Assembly: GCF_006345805.1 (NCBI RefSeq)
Contig: NC_043003.1
Coordinates: 102,300,001-102,364,000 of the forward strand
Source: Octopus sinensis
Lineage: Eukaryota
Length of the DNA: 64,000 bases
Direction: 5' to 3'
Each line of letters starts with the position of its first letter. Positions within the stretch are counted from its first letter, which is position 1. The notes below the pieces were generated by a model. The model was not told the DNA's origin. It worked only from the letters and a program-made list of their open reading frames with translations, and made no database searches. Shown one piece after another: positions 12,190 through 25,023 of this stretch. The translations under genes and the position numbers were made by a program.

Positions 12190-13185
12190 ATTATTGTCAC
12201 ATATCATATGCCTGCAGTGCATTGATGACTCATCAACAAAAGTCGTTCTGACTAAGTGCAAGTACTCCAGCTGCCTTGCCACTCTTGTCCAGCCAGCTCA
12301 TAATATTGTCCACCCATTGCATTCTTTGGTCCTCTTGATCTACTATCCTCAACTCTCCCTTCCATGATAATATTTTCGAAACCTCTGCTTCTTCGAATAT
12401 GGTCATAATAGATGAGGTTTTGTTTTTCCACAATGTTCAGAAGTCGTCTTTCACCTCTTTCATGTTGTAACACCAATTCATTTATCTGATGATCCTTGTA
12501 TGAGACTTGTATAACATTCTCCTATCCACCCACATTTCAAATGCATTGATTATAATCTCTTCAAATTTGTTCAGAGTCTGTGCTCCACAACCATAAATAC
12601 CAATTGGGCAAATGAAAACTTGCACTAACCATGTTTTTAAATTAACTGGGGCACGTTTCCTGGTTCAGACGTTACCAAGCTTTTCTATGGCTGTTCTTGC
12701 CATGGCTAGCTGTGTTCTAATTTCTTTCTTACATGTTGCTTCACCAGAGATTTGGGCTCCAGGGTATTTGTACTATTCAGCCTGTTTGAGCCCCTCACAG
12801 CCCAGTTTGATGTTACCATTTATTTTCTCTTTTCCAATAACCATGACATTTATTTTCTCATGGCTGAGATAATGACCATGAGTGTTTGATGCCTTCTTGA
12901 TTCTCTTTACCATTCTTGGCAAGTGAAGCAGTATCCTCTGCATACCTTTGATTAGAAATATGGAAGTCACATATTATTGATACCATCTTCTTGCATTGTT
13001 TCTAGCATTATCCACTCAGTGTAGATGTTGAACAATTCAAAAGCCTTTCTGTAGTCAATGTAGCAAAGGAAAGTTGTAAGGTTGTGTATTCTTGTTTTTT
13101 TTCTGTATATCTTTCTGAAAGATTTATAGACCAATGTTTTAGTGCTGCTTGTAAATTCATAGCCCCTATACCTGAAAAACAGCCA
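12190..13185 (-). mobile_element. RTE-clade LINE remnant (RT to C-terminus), decayed
   Basis: Minus-strand fragments FLCYIDYRKAF, YLGAQISG...KEIRTQLAMARTAMEKLGNVW, INAFEMW and NIIMEGRVEDSRSRGP...MQWVDNIMSW, with stops and frameshifts. Confidence 0.85.
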
Positions 13186-13186
13186 A

Positions 13187-13280
13187 ATTTCTACCTTGTA
13201 GTATTATTGGTATTTGATTTCTACCTTGTAGTATTATTGGTATTTGATTTCTACCTTGTAGTATTATTGGTATTTGATTT
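13187..13280. repeat. 30-bp tandem repeat, 3 copies
   Basis: (atttctaccttgtagtattattggtatttg) x3; appears as FYLVVLLVFD x3 in ORF 13084. Confidence 0.9.
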
Positions 13281-13614
13281 ATTGATAGAGAAGGGCTCTC
13301 TGTGAGATTGATTCCAGCTAATGTCAGCTTTGCCTTTCATCATTTTGGGGTACTTCAAATACAGCATATAGCATTGTGCCAAGAATACCAGCCTAGTACT
13401 TTTTTGGTTATTATCTCACATCTAAGCAGGAACTGTATATAAGGAGGAGGTAGATAAAACAGAAACTACACAATGTGTAGAGTGAACAAAACAAAACAGG
13501 AATTATACACCACAATCACCACTGATTACTAGATATTTTTACTTTTAGAATAAATGTGTGTGTGTGTGTAAACTTTCCATAGAAGTCAGTTATGTGCCAG
13601 AACTAATTACCTAC

Positions 13615-13870
13615 CTGTGGTCTATGTATGTAAACTTGCCATCAATACTATGTCGGGAGACATATTCTGTGGGTCGCATGTGAATTGCACCGCTTTCAGG
13701 TAGATTGTATGGACTAAATGACGGCAATGTCCGACCAACGGCCACCAAACAGCTTAAGTTACACAGTTCGTTGTCATTTTCCACTTCATCCTCACCTCCA
13801 ATGTCCATTCGTGTTGGTGGCCAGGATTTCAAGTACCCTGTACAGTGAATTATGCAGAAGTTTTTTCTGT
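13615..13870 (-). CDS. BMAL1: BMAL1/cycle exon: end of PAS-A to start of PAS-B
   Basis: Acceptor ttttttaaatttttacag|AC; encodes RKNFCIIHCTGYLKSWPPTRMDIGGEDEVENDNELCNLSCLVAVGRTLPSFSPYNLPESGAIHMRPTEYVSRHSIDGKFTYIDH-R; donor CAC AG|gtaggt; 256 nt. Confidence 0.96.
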
Positions 13871-14361
13871 CTGTAAAAATTTAAAAAAGCAAAAAAAAAA
13901 TATATATATATATAACCGAAAAGAAACAAAAGTTGATTGAAGAAATATGTTAATAAAGGGGTTAAAGTGATATGAATTAAAACTTTCCATCAAAATTTTA
14001 TGTTAATTTATGCTCCAAGAGCCAGCTTAATTATTAAAAAATTATTTTACTAATTTCTTCTATATTTTCAAAATTAATTGCAGCAAAGAGTGCATATTTC
14101 AAGAGAAATATGGTAATAAAGGGGTTAAAGAAGGATGTTCTTCTTAAGTATGTTTTAGAGGGAGAGAGAAACAAAGAGAGAGAGAGGGAGAAGAAAGGGG
14201 GAGAGAGAGGGGAAGATAGTGAGAGAGAGAGGGAGAAAGAGAGAGATGATGACATTGATTTATATATATAACTATGTTGATGTTGATGATGATGTATGTA
14301 TGTTTGTGTGTGCGCATGTGTGTGTATACATATATACATATACACATGAATATATATATAT

Positions 14362-14393
<32 letters not shown>

Positions 14394-14407
14394 CATATAT
14401 ATTCATA

Positions 14408-14442
<35 letters not shown>

Positions 14443-14977
14443 TAGTTTTCCTGTATACGATTGGTCAATTTATGATGTGACTATCAATGAATTCAACTTC
14501 CTCTTAATATCACATGAATATCAATCAATCAATGAACCACAGCCTCCTAATTAGTATTGCATGATTAGTTCAACTGTGTCACTGCCTATATTGGTACTCT
14601 CATTAGATTTATAAAAAGCTGTGAAATCTACTATAGTCATTTAGCCAGTTTTAAAAAGATTAAGTTTTTCACCTGTATTTTTGTCGCTAGGTAACACAAG
14701 TATGAGTGTGTGTGTGTGGGATGGGGGGAATTACTCCTCAACAAAACTATTGGAGCCTATCAGAAGATTACCAACAGAAGACTTCACTTTGCATATACAA
14801 AGTGAAAGAGTCTCTTGATTGGCTAATGTGCATGTGTGTATGTCTATGTCTATATATATATATATTCATGTGTATATGATGGTGACGATGATGTACGTAT
14901 TCAAATGTATATATATTATTTCATATATGTATGCATATATAGATATTATAAATAGATAAAAATATGTGCACTTTTAC

Positions 14978-15154
14978 CTGATTTTCGTTTTTTATGGGAA
15001 TGCTCAGCTTCAACATCTTTTTCTACCTTGACAGCGCTGGGAACAACGTCTGCAGATTTATTGACACATTTCATCCGACAGAAGAATGAGCGTCTGGCAC
15101 CAGAGCAGAGTTGAGTGGGTTTCTGAGGTAGTTCTGTTCTCACTGGAAGCATGG
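14978..15154 (-). CDS. BMAL1: BMAL1/cycle exon: PAS-A, CSGARRSFFCRMKC motif and linker
   Basis: Acceptor tcttctcttgtgattacag|CC; encodes MLPVRTELPQKPTQLCSGARRSFFCRMKCVNKSADVVPSAVKVEKDVEAEHSHKKRKS-D; donor TCA G|gtaaaa; 177 nt; inside ORF 14946-15164. Confidence 0.96.
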
Positions 15155-15213
15155 CTGTAATCACAAGAGAAGATATATTAACATAGCTGAGGAATAAACC
15201 CTTCTTTGTGAGA

Positions 15214-15614
15214 TACTAGCAGTATCGCCCGGCGTTGTTCGGGTTTGTAAGGGAAATAACTATATAAGCATTTTTAGAGAGTTATAGCCAAACAATAGCA
15301 AAAAAATGCATTAAAAATGGAAAAAAAATGATGGTAAATTTTTTTTTAAATCGTCGACTCATCGTAGACATTTTTAGAGAGTTACTTCCCTTACATAATA
15401 GCGAAAAAATGCATTAAAATGGAAAAAAATGATGGTAAATTGTTTTTTAAATCGTAGACTCATCGTAGACGTGCGCTAATACCCAGAAGGGCTCGATATG
15501 AATCACGACTATAAGATACCCACTTTTGGTTACACTGCACCGCAAAATGTGGGAGTAGTTAGGAATCTAAATCGTAGGAGACAGACACACAACTTCTCTT
15601 TTATATATAAAGAT
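15214..15614 (+). mobile_element. HINE/DINE-1-like (Helentron-associated) non-autonomous element
   Basis: Starts tACTAGCAGTATCGCCCGGCGTTGTTCGGG (subterminal palindrome), has an internal ~100-nt tandem duplication, and ends ...CTTTTATATATAAAGAT. Confidence 0.6.
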
Positions 15615-16463
15615 AAAGAAGAAGTTTTTTTTTCCTTTTTGTGTTGGTTATGTGGAAGGGTTGAAAGCTAGCAACATTGTTAATGTCACTGACAACAAAC
15701 ATATATAAAGCAACATGTATGTTAGTCAATGCTATATGAAGAAACTTGGTCAGACTTAAAGTACTTTTGTCCCAAAATGGTTCTTAAGTGACTGTTATGT
15801 AACTGCAGAGCTAAAGTTCTTTCTATGACACCAGAAAGTTGCAGGAAGCCGGATTTAAAATAGTTTGTCTGACTATCTAGTCACTGTAATATTTTCCTTA
15901 AGAAACATATTTCTACTGAAAAGGATTAAGTAGCCTTATAGTTTAATGTTAAATTATTTTTATATATAACCTAGCATAAAACAAACATTAATATATATAT
16001 ATGTATGTGTGTGTGTGTGTGCATGTGTGCACCTTTTTCTTGACATCATGTGATGTTTATAAATGAGCATCACTGTCATACAAGCAAAATTGTTCATTTC
16101 CAGTCTTCCATGAAAAACATGTCTGGCCAAGGGGAAATATTTTATTATCTTGCTTGGAAACTGGCATCCAGTTGGAGAACATCTTCCTCAACAAATTCTA
16201 TCTAAGTCCATGTAAGCATGGAAGAGTAGACATTAAATGTTGATGATGATGATGTAATTAACAGATAATTAGGCTGATTACTTGTGGAATTTACCATTTA
16301 TGAATTTCAGATAACAGATCAGCACTACCTGTATTTTCCAAACATTGGTTTGTATTTCTGACTTATTGCATATACACCCTCCCAGTAGGTGAATGTAAAT
16401 ATTTATAGATAGATGGAACTGGTGGAAGAAAGATCTTTCCAAAGAAAATGTGATTCTACTTAC

Positions 16464-16581
16464 TTTTTGCATCAATGTACCGTTCTCTTGGCGTTAGATC
16501 TGAAGAGCTAAGTTGTTCTTTGATTTTGCCAATGTCTCGTGGATGAAGAATATCAAACAAACTTTGGCCAATTAAATCGGA
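16464..16581 (-). CDS. BMAL1: BMAL1/cycle exon: PAS-A
   Basis: Acceptor ttgtttctattttcag|; encodes [40 protein letters not shown]; donor AAA A|gtaagt; 118 nt. Confidence 0.96.
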
Positions 16582-17404
16582 CTGAAAATAGAAACAACAT
16601 AAGAGATCTAAAAACAAAACACAAAAGAATGGTTAAAGCTACTGTGATGATCAATAGTAATCAAAGATATTATTTCTTACCAACATAATCAGAATTATGT
16701 GTGATGTGAAGGAATTGGTTGACAAATTATTATTTTTTCTTTTTGTTTTTCATTAGCTTAACAATCAAAGTTGTTTCTTTTTCAAAACTATCTTTGATAA
16801 TTTTGTTTGTTTGGAACTCAGTGAGTTTACTGTTCAGCTTCTTCATAGCTCAACTCTAACTAAAATTACTAACAACGTTTCTAGGGGAATAAATTACAGA
16901 GATGATTAGTAAATAAGTCTACCATCAGGAACCAAAATAAGAGCCGTCGGGATTTCTTTGGTTGCACTCTATTCCCTTTTATGCTTTTCATCATATATGA
17001 AAAGCAAAAATTAACCCTTTGGCATTCAAATTATTCTGTTAAGCAGAATACTTATTTATTTATGTTGTTTTGAATTAATCATGCATTATCTCGCTGCTTC
17101 TAGATTTCTATGATGTGATATTTTTTGGAGGACATTGTATAGTAGGTATGAGAGGCTGAATTTGGTCAGTTTGAACATAAAACATGTAGAATATTTGGAC
17201 CTGATATGGCTGGTTTAAATGCAAAAGGGTTAAGGAGCAGGGAATGGAAATGAGTGTTTTATAAAACAAAGTGTTTATGAGTTCAAGTTTGTTTTGTTTT
17301 TTTAATTAGAAAAATTTCTATTCATGGATTTCATTGTCACAAGTAACGTGGTAAATGATATTATTTATTTGATTTGATTTTTTCACTCTTCCTAATTAGT
17401 GGTA

Positions 17405-18420
17405 TCAATGTTTTAGCATACTATGTGGAGACCAGCATGCCAAAGAACAGACCCAATGTCTCCTCTGTGTGGTAGGAGGTTGAGGTAGGATCTGCACTCC
17501 AGCCTCACAAACCCTCACCAGCAACAATCTCTTGTACAAATGCCAAAAATTCTCTCCTCTAGGGAAGTACCTCATCAACCTATAGGCATGTTGCATGAAG
17601 TGAGTGGGGCAAATCTGTCAAGACCCCTCTCTGCTAAACAGAGAAAAATCTGGAGAACTGGATGGGTTGGAGGGTTGTTGTCTGAGTTGTCATCGGTCAG
17701 GAATGGAAACCACAGTTCAACTTGAGGAGACCTTTTCAGATGGGGACCTGAAATGTTCTCTCTCTGATGGATGATTCCTGTTAGCCTCTAATGTCTTTGA
17801 AATTCAACTGTTTGCGAGTTACTGTGGTGGCCCTATCAGAGGTGCATGAGCCAGGGAGAGGTGACATTACAACCAGTGGTTACACCTGCTACTGGTCTGA
17901 GTGGCATGTTAGTGGGGTGGCAGTTGCAGTGGCAGACTGGCTGGTTCCAATGGTATTAGATATAACACCTGTCAATGAGTGTGTTATGTGGTGGAGGATT
18001 CAGCATTTTTCTGGTCGTTGTTTCCCTTTTTGCAGTGTATGTTCCACCTGCTAGGAGTAACAGGTCAATGAGGAAGACAGTCTACACCCAGCTGTGCTCT
18101 GTCACGGAGAGTATCTCCAGTAGGGACACATCTCTTCTAGGTCATGGGAGATTTCAGTCCTTCAACTGGGATTGACAGAATGGGATACAAGAGTGTTGTT
18201 GGTCTTTTTTGATCTGGTACTTGGAACTATAGTGTTGTGATGCTCCTGGACTTCGCCTAAAGCTATGGACTTCACATTGTTGGCTCCTGGTATGAACGTT
18301 CTGAGCTTGGATTGGATACTTGACCAAATGGAGGCTCAATTGAGTTGTGGCTCATTCATTGGCGAAACTTGGACTGCAGACCTAAATTTTGATGATGATG
18401 CAGTTATTCTTGCAGTTATT
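17405..18420 (+). mobile_element. RTE-clade LINE remnant (AP endonuclease region joined to RT fragment), internally deleted
   Basis: LRVTVVALSEVHEPGRGDITTSGYTCYWS...GVAVAVADWLVPMVLDITPVNE (APE-like), then CGSFIGETWTADLNFDDDAVILA (decayed FADD motif). Confidence 0.8.
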
Positions 18421-19025
18421 CTTGCTTTTATCTGTGTTTGTCCTCCCCACCACCTCTGTTTGACAACCAGTATTGGTGTGTTTACATCCCTGTAACTAAG
18501 CAGTTTAGCCGATAGAATAAGTACCAGGCTTAAAAGAAGAAAATAAGTACTGGGGTTGATTCATTCAACTAACAAAATCCTTCAAGGTGGTGCCCCAGTA
18601 TGGCCCCAATCTAAAGAATGAAACAAGTGAAAGATACAAGATAAAAAGATAACAACAAATTTTATGACTGACGATGGCATATGTCTGAGTTATACATAAT
18701 TATCTATTTTGAAATAGGTTGGAATTAGATGTTTATGGTACGTCTATATTGTTGGGAGTAAGGTGGGTTGAAGTGGTGGTGGTGGGGGGGCAGCTTTATA
18801 GCAATGCCTTGGCATGAGAGAGCATGGTCAAAACACATTTGATAAACTGATGATGATGATTATGATAACGATAATGATGGTGGTGGTGATGGTGATGTGG
18901 ATTACAGTAAGGAAATAGTTACTGACAATATCAGTAATAATTTGACACTGTGCATATGCTATTTGTCTATACTTCTTGTAGAGAGAGGTAGAAGGAGGAG
19001 AGAGAGGGAGGGAAGAGAGAAATGT

Positions 19026-19058
<33 letters not shown>

Positions 19059-19245
19059 TAGATAGATAGAAAGAGAGAGAATATATGAGGCAGAAATTAA
19101 GAGAGGAAAAAAGAAAAAAAGGAAACAATGAGATAGATAGATAGATAGGGAGAGAGAGAGAATAAACGAGAGAGAGTGAGGGTGAGAGAGAGGTAAAGAA
19201 TGTGAGAAAATAAAATGGTGTAAATTGGAAATAAAGAAGCCATAC

Positions 19246-19338
19246 CTGTGAAAAGTTTAACGTTCTCTTTACAGACTGTGAGACATATAGTATTTTGCCT
19301 CTATCACAGCTTACAACAAACAGGAATCCATCAGCAGC
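19246..19338 (-). CDS. BMAL1: BMAL1/cycle exon: start of PAS-A
   Basis: Acceptor ctgtttcatcaatag|; encodes [31 protein letters not shown]; donor CAG|gtatgg; 93 nt, phase 0/0. Confidence 0.96.
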
Positions 19339-20949
19339 CTATTGATGAAACAGAGGTGAAGATGAGTAAAATTAGAGAGAGAGAGAGAGAGAGCAGAGGT
19401 CAGAGAGATTTTAACTAAAATTTATTTGGTAACACAACATGGGAAATATGAACTGTATTATTTAATCAACTAAATATTTTGTTGTTATTATTGTAGAATT
19501 GCTTCTAATTAAGTATGATATTCACCCAAAAGTGGATGTCTGTATACAATAAATTGAGTTGTGGGATGGATGTCCAGGTCCAAAGATTAGGTTGGCCAGT
19601 GCAATTGGAATATTCTGGTTCTGTATAAGGTAGCAAACTGACAGAATCATAAGCACGCAGGCCACAGTGCTTAGTGACATTTCTGAATTCAAATTTTACT
19701 GAGGCTGACTTTACCATTCATCCTTTTGGAGTCATTAAAATAAGTATCAGTTGAGTACTGGGTTTGATGTAATCTATGCACCCTCTCCCCCGAAGTTGCT
19801 GGCCTTGTGCCAAATTCTGAAATCAATATTCTGATTCTCAATTAAATTAAGACCAGAACGTTGTTGATATGATGTCAAGGTATCTTGGAATGGTCTCTCT
19901 ATTTCCATCTGCAAGTAGTCATGTGATTTGAACTGCGGAATGTCAGGAGAACATTCATTAAAAATCTTCATTCAGTGTAAATGAAGTGTTTCAATCAAAA
20001 AGGCTGATGGTGTCTCAGCATCACTCACAAAGACCTTTGTCACTTGCTCATCAGTTATCTATCTAAAGCTAGGTATGGCTATGGTACGTCTGAACTTAGA
20101 GCTTGCATCACCTGTCTGTGAGCTCAAAATCTTAACCACATAATTACATGCTTTCACACACACACACACACACACACACAGGCACACATATATATACATT
20201 TATAAATGCATGCACATTTTTATATTCCTTTTTTGCTATAGGGTAAGAAGCTACATTTTGCATAGAAACATGTTTCAGAAAAACACTCCTCCAAATTACC
20301 ATCACCATTTCCTGTTTTACACATCACCATACTCAAAGCCAGCGAAACTCCAATAATTGGATAAAAAATTTGATTGATTTCCACAAATCAAATGAAGGTG
20401 ATGGATATAAATTATATTTTTGTTCTGCAAATATGATTATATAGCCATTTTATTGTGGATTTATTTAGTCACATACAAGCTGTTCAGGCCATGCTTATGG
20501 CTAAGTCTGTTTACATTCATACACTATGAGAAAGAAGTGTATGTATATTGTGTCAGCACCTTATATCCTTACATATCAATACTTTAATATTTGTTTGGTT
20601 CTACAGGTGCAGAATCTGAATATAAAATTAACAATAAGATACCGAAGTCTTTATTTAATATGATTGTTTTACTTTCACATTGTCCTTGTGTTAGTCATTG
20701 AGGTGAATACAAAATCCAGACAAATATACTGAAACAATCGTATTTTCACTTGTGAGTGTGAAAAGGAGAGACAGCATCCATAACTCTTTTATAGCTAAGT
20801 GCATAGAGATAGTTATGTGTGGTTTGTATGATTAAATGTTCCATTTGAGATTTTTGGTAGGTGAAAGAAAATATAGGGTGGGATTTTTAGAGGGTTGCAA
20901 TCAGGAAAAGACATGTTAAGTAGAGTGTTGTAGTTCAGGGAAAGACAAA

Positions 20950-21612
20950 AAGTTAACAGAATCAATGACATGGTTATGTGCAGACCCTTCTGAAGTTCCA
21001 AGTGTTATGCAAACAAAATTTCCTGCAACTGTCATGGTTTTAGGGGTTGTCAGCAATGAAGGACATGTGATGCCTCCTTACTTCTTTTCACAAGTTAACT
21101 CTGCTGTCTACATTGAGGTCCTGGAAATAATTGTTAAACCCTGGATAGACAGTGTATGCAATGGAAAAGTCTGCACTATCACATATGGCTTTAGTAACAC
21201 AGGAATGGATGGCTGAAAATTTTCATGATCACATAACCCCTAACATTTGGCCTCCTAATTCCCCAGATCTCAATCCATTGGATTATTGCATGTGGAGTGT
21301 TGTTGAGAGAAAGAGAGAGAGAGAGAGAGAGGTCAACAAACACGCCCATAACACCAAAGATACTTTGAAAGCTGCCATAGTCAGAGTAATGTCCAACATG
21401 AACCAGGACCACTTGATTCGAGCATGTAGATGATTTAGATCTCATATAGAAGCAGTTGTTGAAGCTGAAGGTGGCTGTATTGAATAACATTAGAGAAAAG
21501 GACGTTTATTTCTATCCTCATAGCATTATTTGATAAATAAATTTATTATCTCTTATTATGTATCTGTATTTTTTTATAAACATAAACCTGTCCTCAAATA
21601 TCTTACACTCTA
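20950..21612 (+). mobile_element. maT/DD37D-like transposase remnant with 3' end
   Basis: KFPATVMVLGVVSNEGHVMPPYFF...WPPNSPDLNPLDYCMWSVVER...; frameshifted; (GA)n expansion inside the VERE codons. Confidence 0.85.
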
Positions 21613-22123
21613 TATATGTATATATATTGTTTGCTCATTACCATCATTTAATGTTAAATTGTATTTAGATACAACTTAACATAAAATCAAATAATATATA
21701 CACATACACACACATATATATATACATATACATGTATACACACGCACACACACACACACACACATACACACACATAACATATTTTCTAATGATTTTTCAA
21801 CAACCAATGAGATCTCGGCCACTAATCATATTTTGATTTGTTTACAAATAATTTTTTTTATATACATCGATGGTGATGATCATGATGATAATGATCATGA
21901 TGATATCGTGCTACTTCACTCCTTCAGTTGTTTGAATAATTGATCAGCAACACAGAACTCAGAGATACAATTACAGAGGCTGTACCTTCTAATAATATAC
22001 ATACTTACAATACACACACACACACACATATGTATATATATGTGTGTATTTATATATATATAGAATCATTTGTAGAAATACATAAATCTAGAGGAGAAGC
22101 ACACTCTAAGATGTAGAGCAGTT

Positions 22124-22345
22124 AATATTATAGTGGGGTATGCTGGTTTATGGGGTTACCCTGGGTTTCTCTCTCAAAGGGAGTTTAGCCTTACAGCATA
22201 TCTCCAGACCCGAAACTCTACTGGCCTGAGACCTCTTTAGAATATATTTTAAGATGTTTCAGGTCAGCAATGTTTGGGGTCAGAAGATACACTGTAAGGC
22301 TAAACCCTTTATAAGCAAGAAACCGGCCTGCTCCACTATAATATA
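22124..22345. repeat. Fold-back element with a degenerate hammerhead in each arm
   Basis: Left arm (minus) gggt CTGGAGA...GAA ACCC-A-GGGT A accc; right arm (plus) ggggt CAGAAGA...GAAACCGG. Confidence 0.7.
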
Positions 22346-22363
22346 TATATACATATATATTTA

Positions 22364-22496
22364 CAGTAGAACCTTGGTTTTCAAACAACTCTGATCACGA
22401 ATAAATCGTGCTTTATATATATATCTATATATATCTATATACATAAAACATGATTTATTCACTATCAGAGTTGTTTGAAAACCAAGGTACTAACTG
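22364..22496. mobile_element. pogo/Tigger-like MITE
   Basis: TA-CAGTAGAACCTTGGTTTTCAAACAACTCTGAT...ATCAGAGTTGTTTGAAAACCAAGGTACTAACTG-TA; partial copies of the same terminus at 58660-58800. Confidence 0.75.
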
Positions 22497-22990
22497 TATA
22501 TTTAATGTCCAACATATATTTTTTATTTTTATTCTCATATTTCCCTTTATACTTCCTATATCTCTCCCTTTCCAAAATAACTTCTTATACTGAACTCTAC
22601 TATTTCCTTCTAAGATGATGGGATATCCTTTATATCCCTGAAACAGCTGTAAGACTATCATTTTCTTTAGAAATGTCCCAGAAATTTCACACTGCTTTGG
22701 TTTTGTTATCTCATTTCATTTAACATATACATGCTCCCACATGGTTCATGTTAGAATCCTCACTCATACTATTATTGAGCCAGGAGTCTAACAACAGTCC
22801 TTCTAGAGCACTTACATAGCCTTACCTGCCTTTTGGGTCTTCTGGATACCAAAACCTCACTCACCCCCCCCCACACACACACATATATACACACAAACAG
22901 AGAGAGCTTAGATATAAACATATATATATATAGAAAGAGTGAGAGAGAGAGAGATTAGATATAAATATATATATATACGTACACACACAG

Positions 22991-23022
<32 letters not shown>

Positions 23023-23432
23023 ACAGATATGGATGTATACACACGCACACACATATAAACATATAAATATATACATATATCTGCAACACAAGGTATGGAT
23101 AGGCAGCATAAAGCAGTGTCTCTCCAGACTAAAACTATAAATATTAATAATATAAATATTAATTATTAATCTGGAAAAAAAAATGATTTCCAGTTCACTG
23201 TATGAATGTTAATTTAATGAAAGGAATTCAGTGTGTAATTCAATAAATGATTACTCTATTGATGTGAGACAGACACAATTTCCATAGTCTTTCAAGTTCA
23301 GTTTATAAAACTACATGCACAGCTTATTAAATCCATATGCTGTGATTACATCTCCAGAATGAATGAAATGTAAGTGTATGGAAAGCAGAAATTACTCTGC
23401 TTTCTTTCTGTATCAATACAGTATGATCAGTG

Positions 23433-23471
<39 letters not shown>

Positions 23472-23579
23472 ATGTGTGTGTAGTTATATTGAAATAATGA
23501 GTGCATGTATGTGTGTTACAGTGAAAGGTTGAGTGGGTTGGGGATGCATACAAACCACTGAATATTTTCATTCCTACTG

Positions 23580-23617
<38 letters not shown>

Positions 23618-23893
23618 ACACATATCAAAGGACATACTAAGTATGTCTACCTGTTGGAAATAAACAATCAAAATAGTTTTGACTGTTATTTCCAGCAGGT
23701 AGACATACTTAGTATGTCCTTTGATTAATTTTAATCCTTCAGTTATTTAATGCTTTTTTTGGGGGGGTGGGGGGTCTACAATCACCTATTTTATTGCTTC
23801 TGTTATTATCATTTTTAAATTGTTACATTAGATAATAGTAGAGTCAATGATATCTTCGCAAATATTTTCTCCTGAATTATTTGCTCCATATTG

Positions 23894-23942
<49 letters not shown>

Positions 23943-24471
23943 CATGCATGCATGTATGTAAGTATGTATATCATCATCATCGCCATCATTTCACATTTCA
24001 CTCAAGTTGTATATCATCATCATCATTTAGCGTCCGCTTTCCATGCTAGCATGGGTTGGACGTTTCAACTGGGGTCTGTGAAGCCAGAAGGCTGCACCAG
24101 GCCCAGTCTGATCTGGCAATGTTTCTACGGCTGGATGCCCTTCCTAACTCCAACCACTCCGTGAGTGTAGTGGGTGCTTTTTATGTGCCACCGGCACAGG
24201 TGCCAGACAGGGCTGGCGAACGGCCACGGTCAGATGGTGCTTTTTACGTGCCACTGGCATGGGGGCCAGGCGAGGCTGGCAATGGCCACGATCGGATGGT
24301 GCTTTTTACGCGCCACCGGCATGGGGGCCAGGCGAGGCTGGCAACGGCCACGATCGGATGGTGCTTTTTACGTGCCACTGGCACGTAAACAACCATATAT
24401 ATATATATATATATATATGTATATGTATATATACATATGTGCACAAACACACACACACATGTATATGTATG

Positions 24472-24699
24472 CAGTAATCCCTTGCTATATTATGGTTCAC
24501 CTATCGCAGTTTATTATTTAAGCTTACATTGATTACTCTGTGGCTTTGTTTTGCATTTATAATAAAATAAATATATACAAATTATAAAAATAAATAATAA
24601 TAAAAAAATATATAGGACGGTACTGTTTCTACTTTACGGATTTTCACCTATCGCAAGGGGTTTTGGAACATAACACTCATAATAGTCAAGGGATTACTG
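24472..24699. mobile_element. pogo/Tigger-like MITE
   Basis: Termini CAGTAATCCCTTGCTAT and ATAGTCAAGGGATTACTG-TA. Confidence 0.65.
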
Positions 24700-25023
24700 T
24701 ATGTGTATGTGTTAATGTTTTTGTCTGTCTGTCTACCTGGCTCTCTGCCTGTCTATATGAGTTTGTTTATCTGTATATGTATACACAGTGTGTTTGGGCA
24801 AAATTTGATCATTTTTTTATGTCTCTTTTTTTCAGGAACAGCTTGATGTATTGGTGAACAGTGTTGGAGAACATAAATAGGGAACCTGTAGTGGAGAAAA
24901 AGTGAGCTGACATGGAGGAATGGCTGTCATCTGAATACTGGAAAAGAGCTACATGTATTACAATGATTTGCACCAGCTGCTAACACCATGACTGCTGCTC
25001 AATGTTCTGTGAACACTGTAAAG

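Noticed and set aside
13187-13280. Regular short repeats (also 24175-24390 and 41500-41560) as a CRISPR array
   Set aside because: Head-to-tail units without unique spacers, in a eukaryotic intron.
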